Positions 25,302 through 38,700 of a stretch of DNA of 64,000 bases are shown piece by piece. A model generated the notes under the pieces. It worked only from the letters and a program-made list of their open reading frames with translations, was not told where the DNA came from and did not search any database. How positions within the stretch are numbered: the stretch's first letter is position 1; each line of letters opens with the position of its first letter. The DNA is from Neodothiora populina (lineage: Eukaryota), in NCBI RefSeq assembly GCF_041146345.1, contig NW_027191404.1, positions 2,604,001 to 2,668,000 of the forward strand, given 5' to 3'. The position numbers and the translations under genes are program-made.

Positions 25302-26333
25302 ATGCGTCCGAGTCAACTCCTCTCGATTGCCCTTCTTTCCACGACAATCTCGGCATGGTCTATGGACTCGTTGACGGAAAACAAGGCGGTTCAGAGGATT
25401 GAAAATTTGTTCAGGAGACAGGACCAAGACAGCTCGAGTGAGGATGCAAATGGTACGATGACAAGAAGAAGATGAAACCAAAAGGGGAACAATGAAGGAC
25501 TGACGTTTCATTACTCACCAGTTCCTACCGCCACATTCGCACAACCCAGCAAGAGCAACAGTGGGAGCGCCAGCGCCAGTGCCAGCGCCACCCAAGCAAA
25601 CGAGTCCAAGTCTTCCGATGGCGATTCTTCCTCCACCCAATTCTCAAAGGCGTCTGCTACCGACAAGAGCAGCGCCGCCGCCTCATCGGGAGCTTCAAGC
25701 GCGAAGCCTTCTGGCTCATCGGGCTCGGGCACTGCAAAGTCGACGGGATCAGCAAAGACCACGGGCAAATCAACAGGAAAGAGTTCGGCTGCCACAACCA
25801 AGACATATGGAAACTCGGTCGGTTTCGGTGGCATCAGCATGCTCGTGCCCGCCGCAACCGACTCGTCGAGTTACTACAAGATTGGTGACAATGTCACTTT
25901 TGCCTGGAACTACACCAGTTTGTCCGTCACTCCCACCGCCGTCGATATTCTCGCCACTTGCACTGCCAACTCGGCCACATATACTCTTGCTATGAACCAG
26001 ACGATCGGAAACGCCACCGGCGCTGTGACTTGGGACACGAGGGAGACCGGAACCATGCCGCTCTTGACCGAGACTTACACCTTGATGATCCACGACGCTG
26101 CTATCGACGTCACTCAGACCGCACAGTATGGTCATCTTGCTGCCTACACTCAGCACGTGTTTGCCATGTACACCCCTCAGCCATACAAGGGACTCAACGA
26201 AGGCTGGAAGTGTGTTACTTGCAGTGGCGCCATGAGCAACATGGAAAGACAGACTATGGGATTCATGCTTGGAATGATGGTTGTTGCCATCACTACCTTT
26301 ACCATTTTTGCTGGCAATTTTGGCGTCCTCTGA
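25302..26333 (+). CDS. Conserved fungal secreted/membrane-anchored protein with Ser/Thr-rich region and conserved beta-rich domain; intron 25453-25521
   Basis: Signal peptide, Kex2-like RRQD, S/T-rich linker, GGISMLVP..YYKIGDNVTFAWNYTSL...YTPQPY..CVTCSGA and a C-terminal TM. Confidence 0.8.
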
Positions 26334-26855
26334 TTTTGTTTTGCTTATCTAGCGTATCATTTTCTTGTTCATATATTACACTACTTGCATCGAGGCGTTT
26401 TACGGTTGTGGGGTTTTATCAAAAGATCATAATGAGTTTCAATTTTTCGCTGCTACAGCACAGTTATACCTGTACGCGTGCCACGCACGGCCAGACGCTA
26501 TGATAACAAAACCGGGGTTTCATGATTTCTATTCTTGTCTATTGCGAGTCGTCCTTTTCCCCGTTTCACCTCTCCTAAAAGATCTACAATCAAGCACCTC
26601 TGGTTTTTCCTCTTTGAGGCATACCAGTACAGTCTTGAAACTCGGCGGGTAAGCGTAAGACGTCAGCTGTCGTATCAGACTGCAGTCATGCGAAAGACGA
26701 TCTTTGGGGCATTTTCCTTATAAGAGCCACACAGATCCGGTAGATATTCAGACCCGCAGCCAATTTTCTCTCTTTTTGTGTTTCTCGTCCTGTTATAGCC
26801 TCTCTTTGTCCTAAAGCACACTTTCATTTACAAGACCAAGAAGAAAAACCTCGAA

Positions 26856-27371
26856 ATGTTCCCCACAGAAACAACAAGCAAAACCCCAATCGTGCTCCAG
26901 AACACGCTCGTCTTCGGCGCCTGCCTAGCCCTAGTCTACGCCCTCTCCTTCCTCCTCACAGCCCTGCTCCTCCTCAACTTCACCCACCACCACTGCATCT
27001 CCACGTCTCAAACCCGCCGCGACACGATCCAGTCCTTCGCGCCCATCCTCGTCGCGGCTCCTTTCTGGAGCAGCGTATTGCTCTGCTCGACGAATCTGCT
27101 GCCGCAGTTCCGCATGGGGTTTTTCGAGGCGCTGGCGTGGTCCGCGATCGCGTGGGTGGGCGCGGCGACGGCGGTCGTGATTTGTGTTACGCTCGTGGGC
27201 ATTGCGACTGCTGGTCCGGGGGTTCGGCGACGAGAGACGGCGACGACGGTGCCTGAGCAGAAGTATTCAGATTGCGATATCAAGTGCGCTGAGGAAGGGA
27301 GGAGGTTGCTCGAGGGAGATTGCGCAGATGATGATGATGATAATGATGCGCCGCTGGTGTCGTTGTCATAG
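26856..27371 (+). CDS. Hypothetical small membrane protein (about 3 TM, acidic tail)
   Basis: 171-aa ATG ORF with coding-like GC3 bias and three hydrophobic segments. Confidence 0.6.
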   Translation: MFPTETTSKTPIVLQNTLVFGACLALVYALSFLLTALLLLNFTHHHCISTSQTRRDTIQSFAPILVAAPFWSSVLLCSTNLLPQFRMGFFEALAWSAIAWVGAATAVVICVTLVGIATAGPGVRRRETATTVPEQKYSDCDIKCAEEGRRLLEGDCADDDDDNDAPLVSLS

Positions 27372-30300
27372 ACTTCTCTGTCGCCATCTGCGACTTCCTA
27401 CCTTATATTGGCAGTGGCTGCTTTGGCGCAAGTGCTGGTCAAGCGCAACTCGACACACGCACACGCTTCTTGGAAACACCATCGTCGCGCCCGCTGTCTA
27501 CTACACTGTTCTTTGAATACCATTACACTCACTTACGATACGCCAACAAAATCAAGGAGAGAGGCCGGCTGGTTCCGGACGATTTTCTCTGCATCAGTAC
27601 ATGCATCTCAATAATACTATCATGTTTTTTCCTTCTCTTTTGGTTTCGTTTTCGACTCTGGGCGCTGTGTTGTGTGAGCATTAGGGACGGAGTTCTGCAT
27701 TCATGGTTTCTGTCTCGCGAAGATACCCTTTATTCGCTCTTTTCTTATTCTCTCCTCTTTTGAGGATCATATCAGCGATACCATCGTTGGATACATATCG
27801 AGTGTTACTAGAGACAAAATATGCACGTCGGGGCTGACAAAGTCTTTGCGAAATGATCAGTCTCGCTCTTCATGTCAGCACTAATATCCCATCAGACTAT
27901 CGAAAAAGAGAAGCGACGAGTCTCATTCCATTGTATGAGGTGTTTTCCAAACCAATACCTTTTGCCCGCTTCGTCGCAGTCGAACGTGAAAGTCATGTAT
28001 GCATCGATCGATTCAAAGATGACGAGTCTTCGAGTCATACCGAGCAATTCGACTCTCTGAATCAACACCTAGGTACTCGAGATACCGACCATAAAGTACT
28101 TTACCCCAGTAGAGTACTGTAGTAGCAGGTCACGAACACTTACCTAAGGTAGGTAAGGTACCTTATGCATATGACAGTACCCACTACCGTACATGTACCC
28201 AGGTATATACAAGACTCCACCTTCACCTCCACCAATACTCCGCTCCCCGTTTTTTTTTCCCCAGCGCCCCGCCTATCGTCCCCATACCTAGCCATGCACC
28301 ACTAGCCAATGCGGAGGCACAGCACAAGCACAAGCACAAGCAGAGCAGAGCGGCAGTGAGCGGCTAGAAACCTATAGCACCTTGCATGTACTATTATGCT
28401 GTACTTTATCATTTGCAGTCTTTGTGCAGGGGATACCAAGGCGGCGTATACATTCTGTATTTTATCCTTAGAGTACAGCGTTATGCATATCCAGTCACAG
28501 TATCTGCACATACAGTATCACACCCAGCGAACATGTGAAGGCGGGCGGGAGTGGCTGGCAGGACACCCAGCTGGCTAGCACCTCATACTAGTCAAGCAAA
28601 CTCAGCCATCGAATGAAGCCACCTTCCGAAGAGCACACGTACAAATACCGCATGCATGTAAGGAAGCAAGCCTCCTCCATTACTGACTGACCCTGTGGCG
28701 TCCGCTATAACCCTTAAATTGCTCAGACACACAGTATATGTGTACAAGTACAAGTCCGGGTACAGATACATCCGACCCGAACCTTCTTTTTACTTTGTCG
28801 CATCGCATCGAATTACGGTACGGGTAGATGGTGGGTGGGCGCAGCAGCTGTAGCAACTGTAGCAGCAGTTGTTGTGCAATATGCCGCATTCGCGATCCGG
28901 CGTCTTATCGTCGTTGTAATGTGGGGGAGAAGGAAGCAAAAAAGGGGTGGTGGCTTAGATGTGTACAGTATTGATTGTAGAGCTGGACTCTCGTACCAGA
29001 GTTTCTGATGGATGAGCTTGAACAAAAGCCACAAAGTGAAAAGCAAAGATCGTAAGGTTTCGAGAGTGAGGTTAGTATCTGCGAGCGAGCGAACACAGCC
29101 TCATCCTGATCATGATGACTACGATAAGATGAGCAAGAGGTGTGTGACAGGTAGAGTCGTCACGTCTTTTTTGGTTGGTCGGTTAGTAGGCCTTACACAG
29201 CAGTGCAAATCCGATGGATTCCGTCACTTTATAGGCATGTACGGAGGTATAAGGTGATACTTCACGTGGGACCGAGATCAGAGAGATTGCTTGGATGTCG
29301 AGAAATGAGAGATACGCACACACAAACTCTCACATGTCATGCGCAGCAAGGAATGACTTTTCGCAAGCAAGCAAGCGACTAAGCAAGTAAGCGACCAAGC
29401 AAGGCATCGCGTGCATGTGTGTCTGTGTGTGTGTGTCAAGCATGACTGACTCTCACAAGTCGGTAAGGACTAAATGTGTTTTCACGGAATCCATCCATGT
29501 GTAAGAGGCAAGGCTGCAAGGCTGACGGGTTAATAAGATCGCATCGATAAGATAGCTTTATCTACCTATCTCAACAAACACGCAACCTCGAAGTCGCGGT
29601 GTAAGAAGAGGAAAGAAAAGAGGTGGAAATGATTATGGTATGTGGCGTTCTGAAGGGGTGCCTTACCCCGGGGAAGATCAGCGAGCCACTAGACAGGGAT
29701 TATCTATAAGTGTAGAAGTGAGGAAAGCTGAAGTGGGAGGTTTTCCGAACGCTGTTGGCTCGTGGTATGTGTACTCAAAATAAGATTGATTGGGCATGAA
29801 TCATGGTTTCGTGAGGTTCTGGACGCGTGTGTCTAGACGCTTTGGTTCGTTTCGCATCAACCATCTGTCATCGTCATCACATGTGAAATAGATTAGAATG
29901 AAACATCCAACAAGAAAAATATGCCCGAATATCAGGGTCCACGTGGTATACTCAACAGCAGAGCCGTGTGATAGATATCTCTAAACGAGAGACACCTTTG
30001 ATCACTGTTTGTTTGTACCTGAGATGTTCACTGCATCTCAAACGCTATTTATGAAGCTAGACGTCGCGGGTGGGCGGAGGACGTTTCGCGTTTGCTAATC
30101 CGGTGACACGGATCTCCCGAGGCGTCTACCTTGGGCTTCGAAGAGGGAATGACTTCATGTTACTGTAGCAAGGAGTATCATGCTTTCTCCTTCTGTTCCA
30201 TGAACGGCACCATACGGATGGGCTCAGACGTTTTGTCTCGCAAGCAGCCACGGTCCGGGGAAAGGACGGGACCGCTCAGCTCCCAAAGTATCCATGGATA

Positions 30301-30832
30301 GCAATCACAAATAACTCCGTACACCAGAACAAATGCAATGGTACATATATTGCTGCTGCCTTGACCTCTTCTCTTTGTCAAGTGTCTCTTGGTATTTCCA
30401 ATCAACGTGGCATAGCGTAACACATCACACCTAATCGATCCTTGGCGGCCCACGTTTGATTTGTCTAGTCTCTGTTGTGACACGACCACGCCATATTTTC
30501 CTCTCCTTTCTGATCCGGACTGGGTCTATAAGTCGTGTGTCGTACCGCATTTTTTTTTCTTTGCAGATCAAATCACCTGAGTTGCTTTCCTTGTGATCGT
30601 CGACATTTACCCCGCGAATCTCAAACCTTCTTGCGACCATCATACCTCGGGCGGGAAAGGGCAATATAGCACAAGCCCACACACTATAAACACTGGTGCA
30701 TGTCAATCAGACCGGTCTTTACTTAACACAAGTGACGGTGTGAGACAACGACAGACTACATAAAGGCAAGCATCATCCACACTCGCCACTCTGGAAAAAC
30801 AACAAAAACAAAAACAAAAAACAATACCTAAG

Positions 30833-31489
30833 ATGTGTGTTGCAAACCTTAATGTCTCGATGCAACCATGCTCTCATCGATGGTATACACTATTGAGATC
30901 CTGTTCACCAAACACGAACCTTTCCAACTGTCAAGAAAAGCTACGACTCGAGGGATGGGAGACGAGAAACGAAGATTGTCCGTGGTGTGGCTCAACCTCT
31001 GAACTCATCGACAACGCCACACACCGACTTTTTGGCGGTAGCACATCAACGAGATCGAGAGCAAACTCTGGCGCCAACGATCGTCGCACATCAATGTCGC
31101 CTCGAGGACTGGACAGGAGGACGAGCAGCAACGCAACGAACAGCTCTTCTTCGCTGTCCAGATCAAGCAGTCGCAGTGCAGAGAGTGACTACGATGTCGA
31201 TCTGGACCCTGGTGCCAGAGCAAGGATGATGAATTATCGTCTCAACTACTGTAAGTTTCTTTGCCTCCTCTACACTCTATGACCAATACTGATATCTTGT
31301 ACAGACATGTTCAAAAACCCGGAGCGGGAAGACTGGATCAAGAAAGACGAAGAAGCTGCACCCGAGGATGTCGACAGCGACGCTTCCTCAAGTGGACGCG
31401 GCGCTAGCCTCACCAGACGAGGTAGCACATCTCTCGGCAAGAAATGGAGGAAGAGCGTCAAGCTCGGCCGTGGCATGTTCAAGTCATAA
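30833..31489 (+). CDS. Hypothetical fungal protein with N-terminal Cys/His cluster and Ser/Arg-rich region; intron 31251-31304
   Basis: MC...PCSHRWY...C...NC...CPWC; the canonical intron joins to YMFKNPE...GMFKS*; A-rich 5' leader. Confidence 0.75.
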
Positions 31490-33022
31490 GGGCCCTTGTT
31501 TTTATCGTGGAAAGTCACACAGTCTTTCTGTGGATGCGGGCGTTTCTCCTTTTCTTCATCTTTCGCGACTATACCCTCTTCTGACAGCTATTTTGTCGCC
31601 GCCGGATTTTTCGGAAGGCCAATGATCTTTATTGTAATGAGGGGGACTCGGGGAGTTACGGATATGATAACAGGAAGCAATCTCCAGATCTCGATCCAGG
31701 GATTGCTCCTTTGCTCTCAGCAGACCTTTCATTCATCTTCACCACTCTGGTGTCTCATCATGGCGTGCATAGACAGTATGAATTACCAAACAACACCGGC
31801 TACGATGGCCAAATTGTCATTTTGATGCTTCCTTCCGTTGACAAGCGATGTATGGCTACGTAAGATCCGAGTGGACCGATGGCGACATTGGGATCGTGAT
31901 TGCACTTTTCTTCGGAGATCCACCCGGGCATCCATAGTGGTTGGTCCACCTGGCTAGTATGTCCAGATGGAGTATTTGTGGAGAACTAAGTCTGAATATC
32001 GTATTTTCTTCGCTGTCGGTGAATAGAAGAGAAGGGGTCTTTAGGGTCGGGACTATCAGGCAAGAAAATGGAGCGGTGGTCGTTTCAATGTATACGGTGA
32101 TGGACGAGACAACGATCGTGGTTCCATGCTGTTGCTGTCCTGACTCGCTGAGATGGAGATTGACCGCAACTTTTCGAGTGCACACAGGCCTTTTGATGCA
32201 TCGCCTGAGTTGTTCGTGTGCTATGCGGGGTCATGGTATTGGAGGTGGACGTGTCGTGCATTGTAGTCGATACAATCGAAGCTCATCTCCGTCACACATC
32301 CTCATCTTTGCACATAAAATCTCAGCCATCTCAACCGAATACCGCGTGCAAGGATTAGCACGTTGTAGAGCGAGTGAGCTTCGATTGCACCATCGTCAAG
32401 TCGTTCTTCCTTGTTGTCATCGTTGTCGTCGCCGCCGCCATCATATTGCTTCCAAGGAATGCATGTTTGCATTGCCTTGGACTACAGCGATGGCTTTTCT
32501 TCAGCTCTTTCCAAGAAAGCTTAGCCAGGACCCTCGGACGTGTGGACAAATTCGAACGGGTTACGGACAATACTGCCGTGGTTCGGCATCGTGCTGTCCT
32601 CGAAAAGTGCCGCAAGTGACCATTGTTTAGGTGTTAGATTGAGTTAACAGCACAGGATAGTAGCGTGGATGAAAGTTCGTCTCCATCTGGGCTCCTCGAC
32701 TACAACACAACTTCGGCTAAAGACTTGGGCTCCTGACCCCGAAAATTGGAAACGGAGTAGAACTTATCTTTAAGACTTACCCTCTATCAGTGCTGACGTA
32801 GGATCAACAAGAGCAGCGAACTTGTTGCTCAGCCACTCGATCACCAAATACCGGTCAAGTCAGATCGTGACAAGGCTTGACGATCGAAGCTTTGATTCCA
32901 GCTGGTTGTATAGATGTGGAGAAAAGAGGCTCTCGCTCCAGATGAATTCTCCAAGACAAGAAACGACTCACCGCACGCGTTTGGTGCTAGAGACAAGACT
33001 AATGTTCATCATGGCTAATGGG

Positions 33023-34012
33023 TCAGTCCTCAGATCGTGTCTTCTGCGAAGTCAACTCTTCGCCCAGACCTTCGAGAAATTCATCGGCCTTCCTCTTGCC
33101 TCTCTTCTCGGCAATTTCACGTCTTCGTCTCTCGATTTCTGCCTTGCGATCACGCAGCATTTCTTCGCGTTCGGCGCGTTTGCGCTCCGTCTCCTCGCGC
33201 TCCTTTACGAGGTTCTCCATCTGTTTCTTGCGATGCTCTGCATCGAGACTGAATTGCATGAAACCAACACCCTTTTCTCTGACTTCTTTGGACGAGTCGA
33301 AATGAGTATCAGGCGGTGGAGTGACTTCTTTGTCTCGTTTCGCCGCCAATTCTTCCATCTGTCGGGCTCGATCCTCGTCTGGATTGAAGGCTTCCGCTTG
33401 CACCGTGTCTCCGTAGATAAGATTACTAGGTAGAGATGGACGAGCGCGCGTGGATAGTTCGGCAGTCAGATGTTGTTGACGCTGTTCTTGTAACATCTGC
33501 CGTCGTGATCCGGTGCGCGTACGACCAAACTCGTCGGTCCATTCGACGGTCTCTTCATCCTCGCTGTCGACATCATCTGATGAGTCGTCGTCTTGGTCCG
33601 AGTCTTTTTCTGCCCACTTCCTGTCGAAATCGACGGCATATTTGTCATCCACATCCTCGACGTCTCCTCTCTTCATAGCGGCGTAAAGACGAGCCTTCTC
33701 CTCCATTCTTCTCTTTGAACGATGCCATTGTGCTGAGTCGAGGGCCTCGGAGGATGTGCTGTGTTTTTGACCCTCTAAATCCTTTTGCGCACGAGTCTGA
33801 GAACCTCTATTGTGGGTTTTGAAGATGTCGTCTTTTGTTCTTGATGAGGTGCGAGAAGGGCGGGATGACGGTGTCGCAGTAGAGATTAGAGATGATAGCT
33901 GTGAAGTAAAGGAAAGAGTAGTGCTTGACGATATTTCTTTCTTGGGTTTCTTTCTTGAAGCGCCGTAGAGGGGAGCGTCTTTTGCGGAAGTGTTTGCGTG
34001 GGAGGGTGGCAT
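33023..34012 (-). CDS. CCDC174-like (DUF4078) nuclear coiled-coil protein; alternative start 34033
   Basis: MEEKARLY, VEWTDEFGRTR, THFDSSKEVREKGVGFMQFS..R..QME and a coiled-coil tail. Confidence 0.85.
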   Translation of the reverse strand: MPPSHANTSAKDAPLYGASRKKPKKEISSSTTLSFTSQLSSLISTATPSSRPSRTSSRTKDDIFKTHNRGSQTRAQKDLEGQKHSTSSEALDSAQWHRSKRRMEEKARLYAAMKRGDVEDVDDKYAVDFDRKWAEKDSDQDDDSSDDVDSEDEETVEWTDEFGRTRTGSRRQMLQEQRQQHLTAELSTRARPSLPSNLIYGDTVQAEAFNPDEDRARQMEELAAKRDKEVTPPPDTHFDSSKEVREKGVGFMQFSLDAEHRKKQMENLVKEREETERKRAEREEMLRDRKAEIERRRREIAEKRGKRKADEFLEGLGEELTSQKTRSED

Positions 34013-34320
34013 GATGATGAGGGATGGTATCATTGAAGTCGACGTTGGTGATGGTGTTGATGAAAATGAAAATGATTATGATTATGATTATAAATGGAAT
34101 GTACGATACAGGATAGGCAGGAACGTGACGTAGATGCAAGCTAGTGGTAGTAGTGGGTAAGGTAGTGTTAGTGACTAGTGGGGCAGGTGTGATTTGACAC
34201 ACCAAAGACTGACGCATAACGATATCGGAACATCCCCCACATTTGTATTTTTTGAAGATGAGACTCATACATCGATCTGCATCATTAGAAGATACACATC
34301 TTGTACCAATTCCATCAAAT

Positions 34321-35596
34321 ATGCCTACACCTCGTCAAGTATATGTTGCAGTCATTGGTGAGTTCTTTTTCTGTCAATTAACACGTTTTATATTGACCAA
34401 GCAAAGGTGTTGGTGGTGTTGGAAAGGCCTTCCTGAGTCAACTGCAGGCTCTCAAGACCAGACTAGCCAAAGCCCGTCAACCAATCTGCCTGGATCTCAT
34501 TCTTGTTTCACGCAGCTCCAAGACTTTGTTCTCGGAGTCTTTCCGCCCATTGTCGCTGGAGACATGGGAACAGGATCTTGCTGCGTCCAAGCAGCCCGTA
34601 CTTGATAATGAGATGCTTGTCGAGTATCTAGCTACTGCTCCTGAGAAAGTTGTGCTTGTAGACAACACCAGCTCTCTTGCTATTGCCGAAAACTACCCCC
34701 GATTCTTGAGGAAAGGTGTCTCCATTGTCACCCCCAACAAGAAGGGCTTCTCCGACTCTTACAACCTATGGCAGGACATGTTCGCTGCTGCCAGCAATGG
34801 ATCAGGCGAAGGAGGTTATCTTTTCCATGAATCCACCGTCGGAGCCGGTCTGCCGGTTTTGTCGACACTTAAAGAGTTGGTCGAGACTGGTGACGAGGTC
34901 ACCAAGATCGAGGGTGTTTTCTCTGGTACCATGAGTTTCTTATTCAACAGCTTCATGCCTGTCGCAGGCGGTGGTGGCCAATTCAGTGCTGAAGTGAAGA
35001 AGGCGAAGGAGCTTGGATACACTGAGCCTGACCCAAGAGATGACCTCAACGGCTTGGACGTCGCCAGAAAGCTCACTATCCTCGCTAGACTGGCAGGTCT
35101 CCCTATCGAGAGCCCGACATCTTTCCCGGTCCAGAGCCTCATCCCCAGGGAACTCGAGACCTGTCAGTCCGGAGACGAATTCCTCGAGAAGCTCCCCAAC
35201 TTTGACAGCGACATGGAGGCATTGAAGAAAGAGGCAGCCAGCGAAGGAAAGGTTGTCAGATTTGTTGGATCTATCGATGTTGCCAGCAAGAAGGTCGAGG
35301 TTGGCCTGCAAAAGTACGACATCTTCTTTCCTCCTTGCACGAAAAGTCGCGATGCTAAGTAAAACAGATTCGATGCAAGCCACCCTATCGCCGCTCTCAA
35401 GGGCAGCGACAACATCATCAACTTCTACACCAAGCGTTACGGCTCCAACCCCCTTATCATCCAAGGCGCTGGGTAAGTCTTCCTTCTCTTCTCTCTATCC
35501 AACAACACCAAGCTTACTCTGTTCAACAGCGCCGGTGGTGATGTGACTGCTATGGGTGTTACCGGTGATCTGATCAAGGTCCTGAATCGTCTCTGA
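34321..35596 (+). CDS. HOM6: Homoserine dehydrogenase; introns 34358-34406, 35314-35367, 35473-35529
   Basis: VAVIGVGGVG, VDNTS, TPNKK, ESTVGAGLP, SGTMS, GYTEPDPRDDLNGLDVARK and QGAGAGGDVTAMGV. Confidence 0.97.
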
Positions 35597-35704
35597 GTGA
35601 TTAGATAGAGTGCATGACTCGCCAAGACAATGACTTCATCATGTCCAAACGTTTGCGACGCAATTCATCCGTCTTCTTCCTCAACCTACGTGCAAATAAA
35701 AAAA

Positions 35705-38700
35705 ATGGATCCAGATATTCAAGAAGACGAGATCCCTACGTATGATGAAGATGCTGACGAAGCCACACGTTTGGCCTCGTTAGCAGTAGGAGCCCGCGAT
35801 CAAGATGATCTCGAACGTGACATTGGTCGCCAGGCAGACGTCTTGTTACTTGAACAAGCCACCGAACGAGATCAGAAACGATTAGACAAGACAGAATCCG
35901 ATAAAGCCCGTTTGGAAGGTCAAATACATCGTCTAGAAAGAAAACTCACGGCTTTTGGAAATCAAGCGACCAAGAACAAAATAAGAGCCGAGATTGCGCA
36001 TTACCAGGCGCAAGTCGAAGACTTGAACAAGGACCTAGAACAAATCCAGAAGCGCATGAATGATAGACAACAAGATGGCGATGCTGCTAGCTCTAGTTTA
36101 CTGGAAGAGAAGGGAGGTCGTATGCCCGGAGAGTCGCAGCGTGATTTCCTTATTCGTACCGGCAAGATTACACCTTTTTCCAAAATGGGTAGACAGCTAC
36201 TTCGCACATCGAGTTCTTTGGCAGACGTCATGTTGGACGCCGAGGAAGAGCAAGAGAACGACAATGATGGTGATGAAGCACTAGCGGAGGACAATCAAAA
36301 GAGTCACAGAGATCTGATGGTGCCTGGTTTTGCCGATAATGATGATCATGATGACGTGAAAGAGGAGGGAGAACAGTCCGAGAGGCCGGCGAAAAGGCGA
36401 AGGCTGCAAAGCAGGAAGACAGATGACAATGACGATGAAGATAACGAAGACGATGATGATGATGATGATGATGATGCATACATTCCGGATCTAGACGATA
36501 AAGGCCTGGCTGAAATTGGCGAATCTGGTGACGATGAGGAACCAACCGACGAAGACGCTGATGGCGACTTCTCCATTGCCAATGGCAAGAAACGAGTAAG
36601 AACGAAAAGAACCGAAGAAGAAGACTTGACTGGAATTGATGATGGAAATGAACAAGTCTACCAATCTCGGTTACAAAGTTGGGTCAAGAGAAGGAGTGCT
36701 GCCAGAGGACAGCCCACAGACGAAGACGAGTGGCATGTTCCTTTGCCCAACAAGCCTGATGCCGACTTCGAAGGTGGATATAAAGTACCTGGCGACATCT
36801 ATCCCTCGCTATTTGACTACCAAAAGACCGGCGTACAATGGCTATGGGAGTTGTTTTCACAGCAGGTCGGTGGCATCATTGGAGACGAAATGGGTCTGGG
36901 CAAGACAATCCAAGTCATTTCATTTCTTGCAGGACTGCATTATTCCAAAAAGATTACGAAACCCATCATCATCGTCACTCCTGCTACGATCTTGAAACAG
37001 TGGGTGAACGAGTTTCATCGTTGGTGGCCTCCGTTGCGGGTTTCCATTCTGCATACTTCTGGTAGTGGCATGCTTGATGTGAACCGGGAGGGCAAGATAG
37101 AAGATGATATGGAGTACCGAGAGCTAGGGGCTCAACGCACTGGACTTTCCAAATCTGAAAAGGCAGCGAAACGCATCGTTGATAGAGTCGCTCGAGACGG
37201 ACATGTTCTTGTCACTACTTATTCTGGACTACAGACATATGCCGATTTCCTCATACCGATGGACTGGGAGTATGCCGTCCTGGACGAAGGTCACAAAATC
37301 AGGAATCCAAATACAGCAATCACTATTTACTGCAAGGAATTGCGAACCCATAACCGAATCATCCTCTCAGGAACACCGATGCAGAACAATTTGACTGAGC
37401 TGTGGTCCCTCTTCGATTTTGTTTTCCCTATGCGACTTGGTACACTGGTCAATTTCCGGCAACAGTTTGAATTTCCCATCAAACAAGGTGGGTATGCGAA
37501 CGCAAGCAATCTGCAAGTCGAGACTGCGATGAAGTGTGCAGAGACTTTAAAGGACACCATCTCGCCATATTTGCTACAGCGTTTCAAGATCGACGTCGCT
37601 TCTGACTTGCCGAAGAAGAGCGAACGTGTGTTGTTTTGCAAGCTCACAAAATTGCAACGTGGTGCTTATGAGTTTTTCCTCAGCAGCGAAGAGATGCAAC
37701 GTATCCTGGACGGCAAAAGGCAAGCATTATATGGCATTGACATTCTTCGGAAGATTTGCAATCATCCGGATCTAGTCGAACACAAAACCTTGTCCCAAAA
37801 AGAAGGATACAATTACGGATCTGGCGCGAAATCAGGAAAGATGCAGGTTGTGAAGGCTCTACTAGAGATCTGGCGCAAAGACGGACACAAGACGTTGTTG
37901 TTTGCTCAGCATAGGATCATGCTTGACATTCTTCAGCGATTTGTGTCCTCTCTTCCGGGCTTCAACTTCTTACGCATGGACGGCAATACGTCGATCAAGG
38001 ATCGTCAGAATCTCGTTGATCGGTTCAATAAAGATCCGGATCTGCATGTTTTCTTGTTGACTACCAAAGTTGGTGGACTAGGAGTCAACCTGACAGGTGC
38101 AGATCGCGTCATCATATACGATCCAGACTGGAATCCATCGACAGACATCCAAGCAAGAGAACGTGCATGGCGCTTAGGACAGAAGCGAGAAGTCGAGATC
38201 TATCGACTCATGACTGCTGGTACTATCGAGGAGAAGATCTACCATCGACAAATTTTCAAGCAGTTCTTGACAAACAAGATTCTCAAGGATCCAAAGCAAA
38301 GACAGACGTTTCAGCTCCGCGATCTTCACGACCTGTTCACGCTTGGCGAAGCAGAAGACGGGCAAACGGAAACCGGAAGTCTGTTCAAGGGCACCGAAGT
38401 CAAGCTCACAGAAGCCGAAGACAAAGACATGGACAATATCGCCGGCTTGTCACGTCAAGAAGATTTTCAAAGCGCCGAAGAGCCTGCTCCCGAGACGCCA
38501 GACAATGGCAGAGTTTTGGCTGGTATCTTTGCACGCTCAGGTGTTCAATCTGCTCTTTCCCACGACGACATCATATCAGGCAACTCGAGTCGAAAAGTCC
38601 AAGCAGATCCCGAGATCATTGCGAGAGAAGCAAGAAGAGTCGCAGCAAAAGCAGCAGCAGAACTTCGACGGGCAGGAGAGATCGCACGCGCTTTACCTGC

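Noticed and set aside
31496..33020. ORFs and a possible C/D-box snoRNA (ATGATGA...CTGA on minus) downstream of CCDC174
   Set aside because: The boxes are too far apart, with no terminal stem or rRNA-complementary guide that I can identify.
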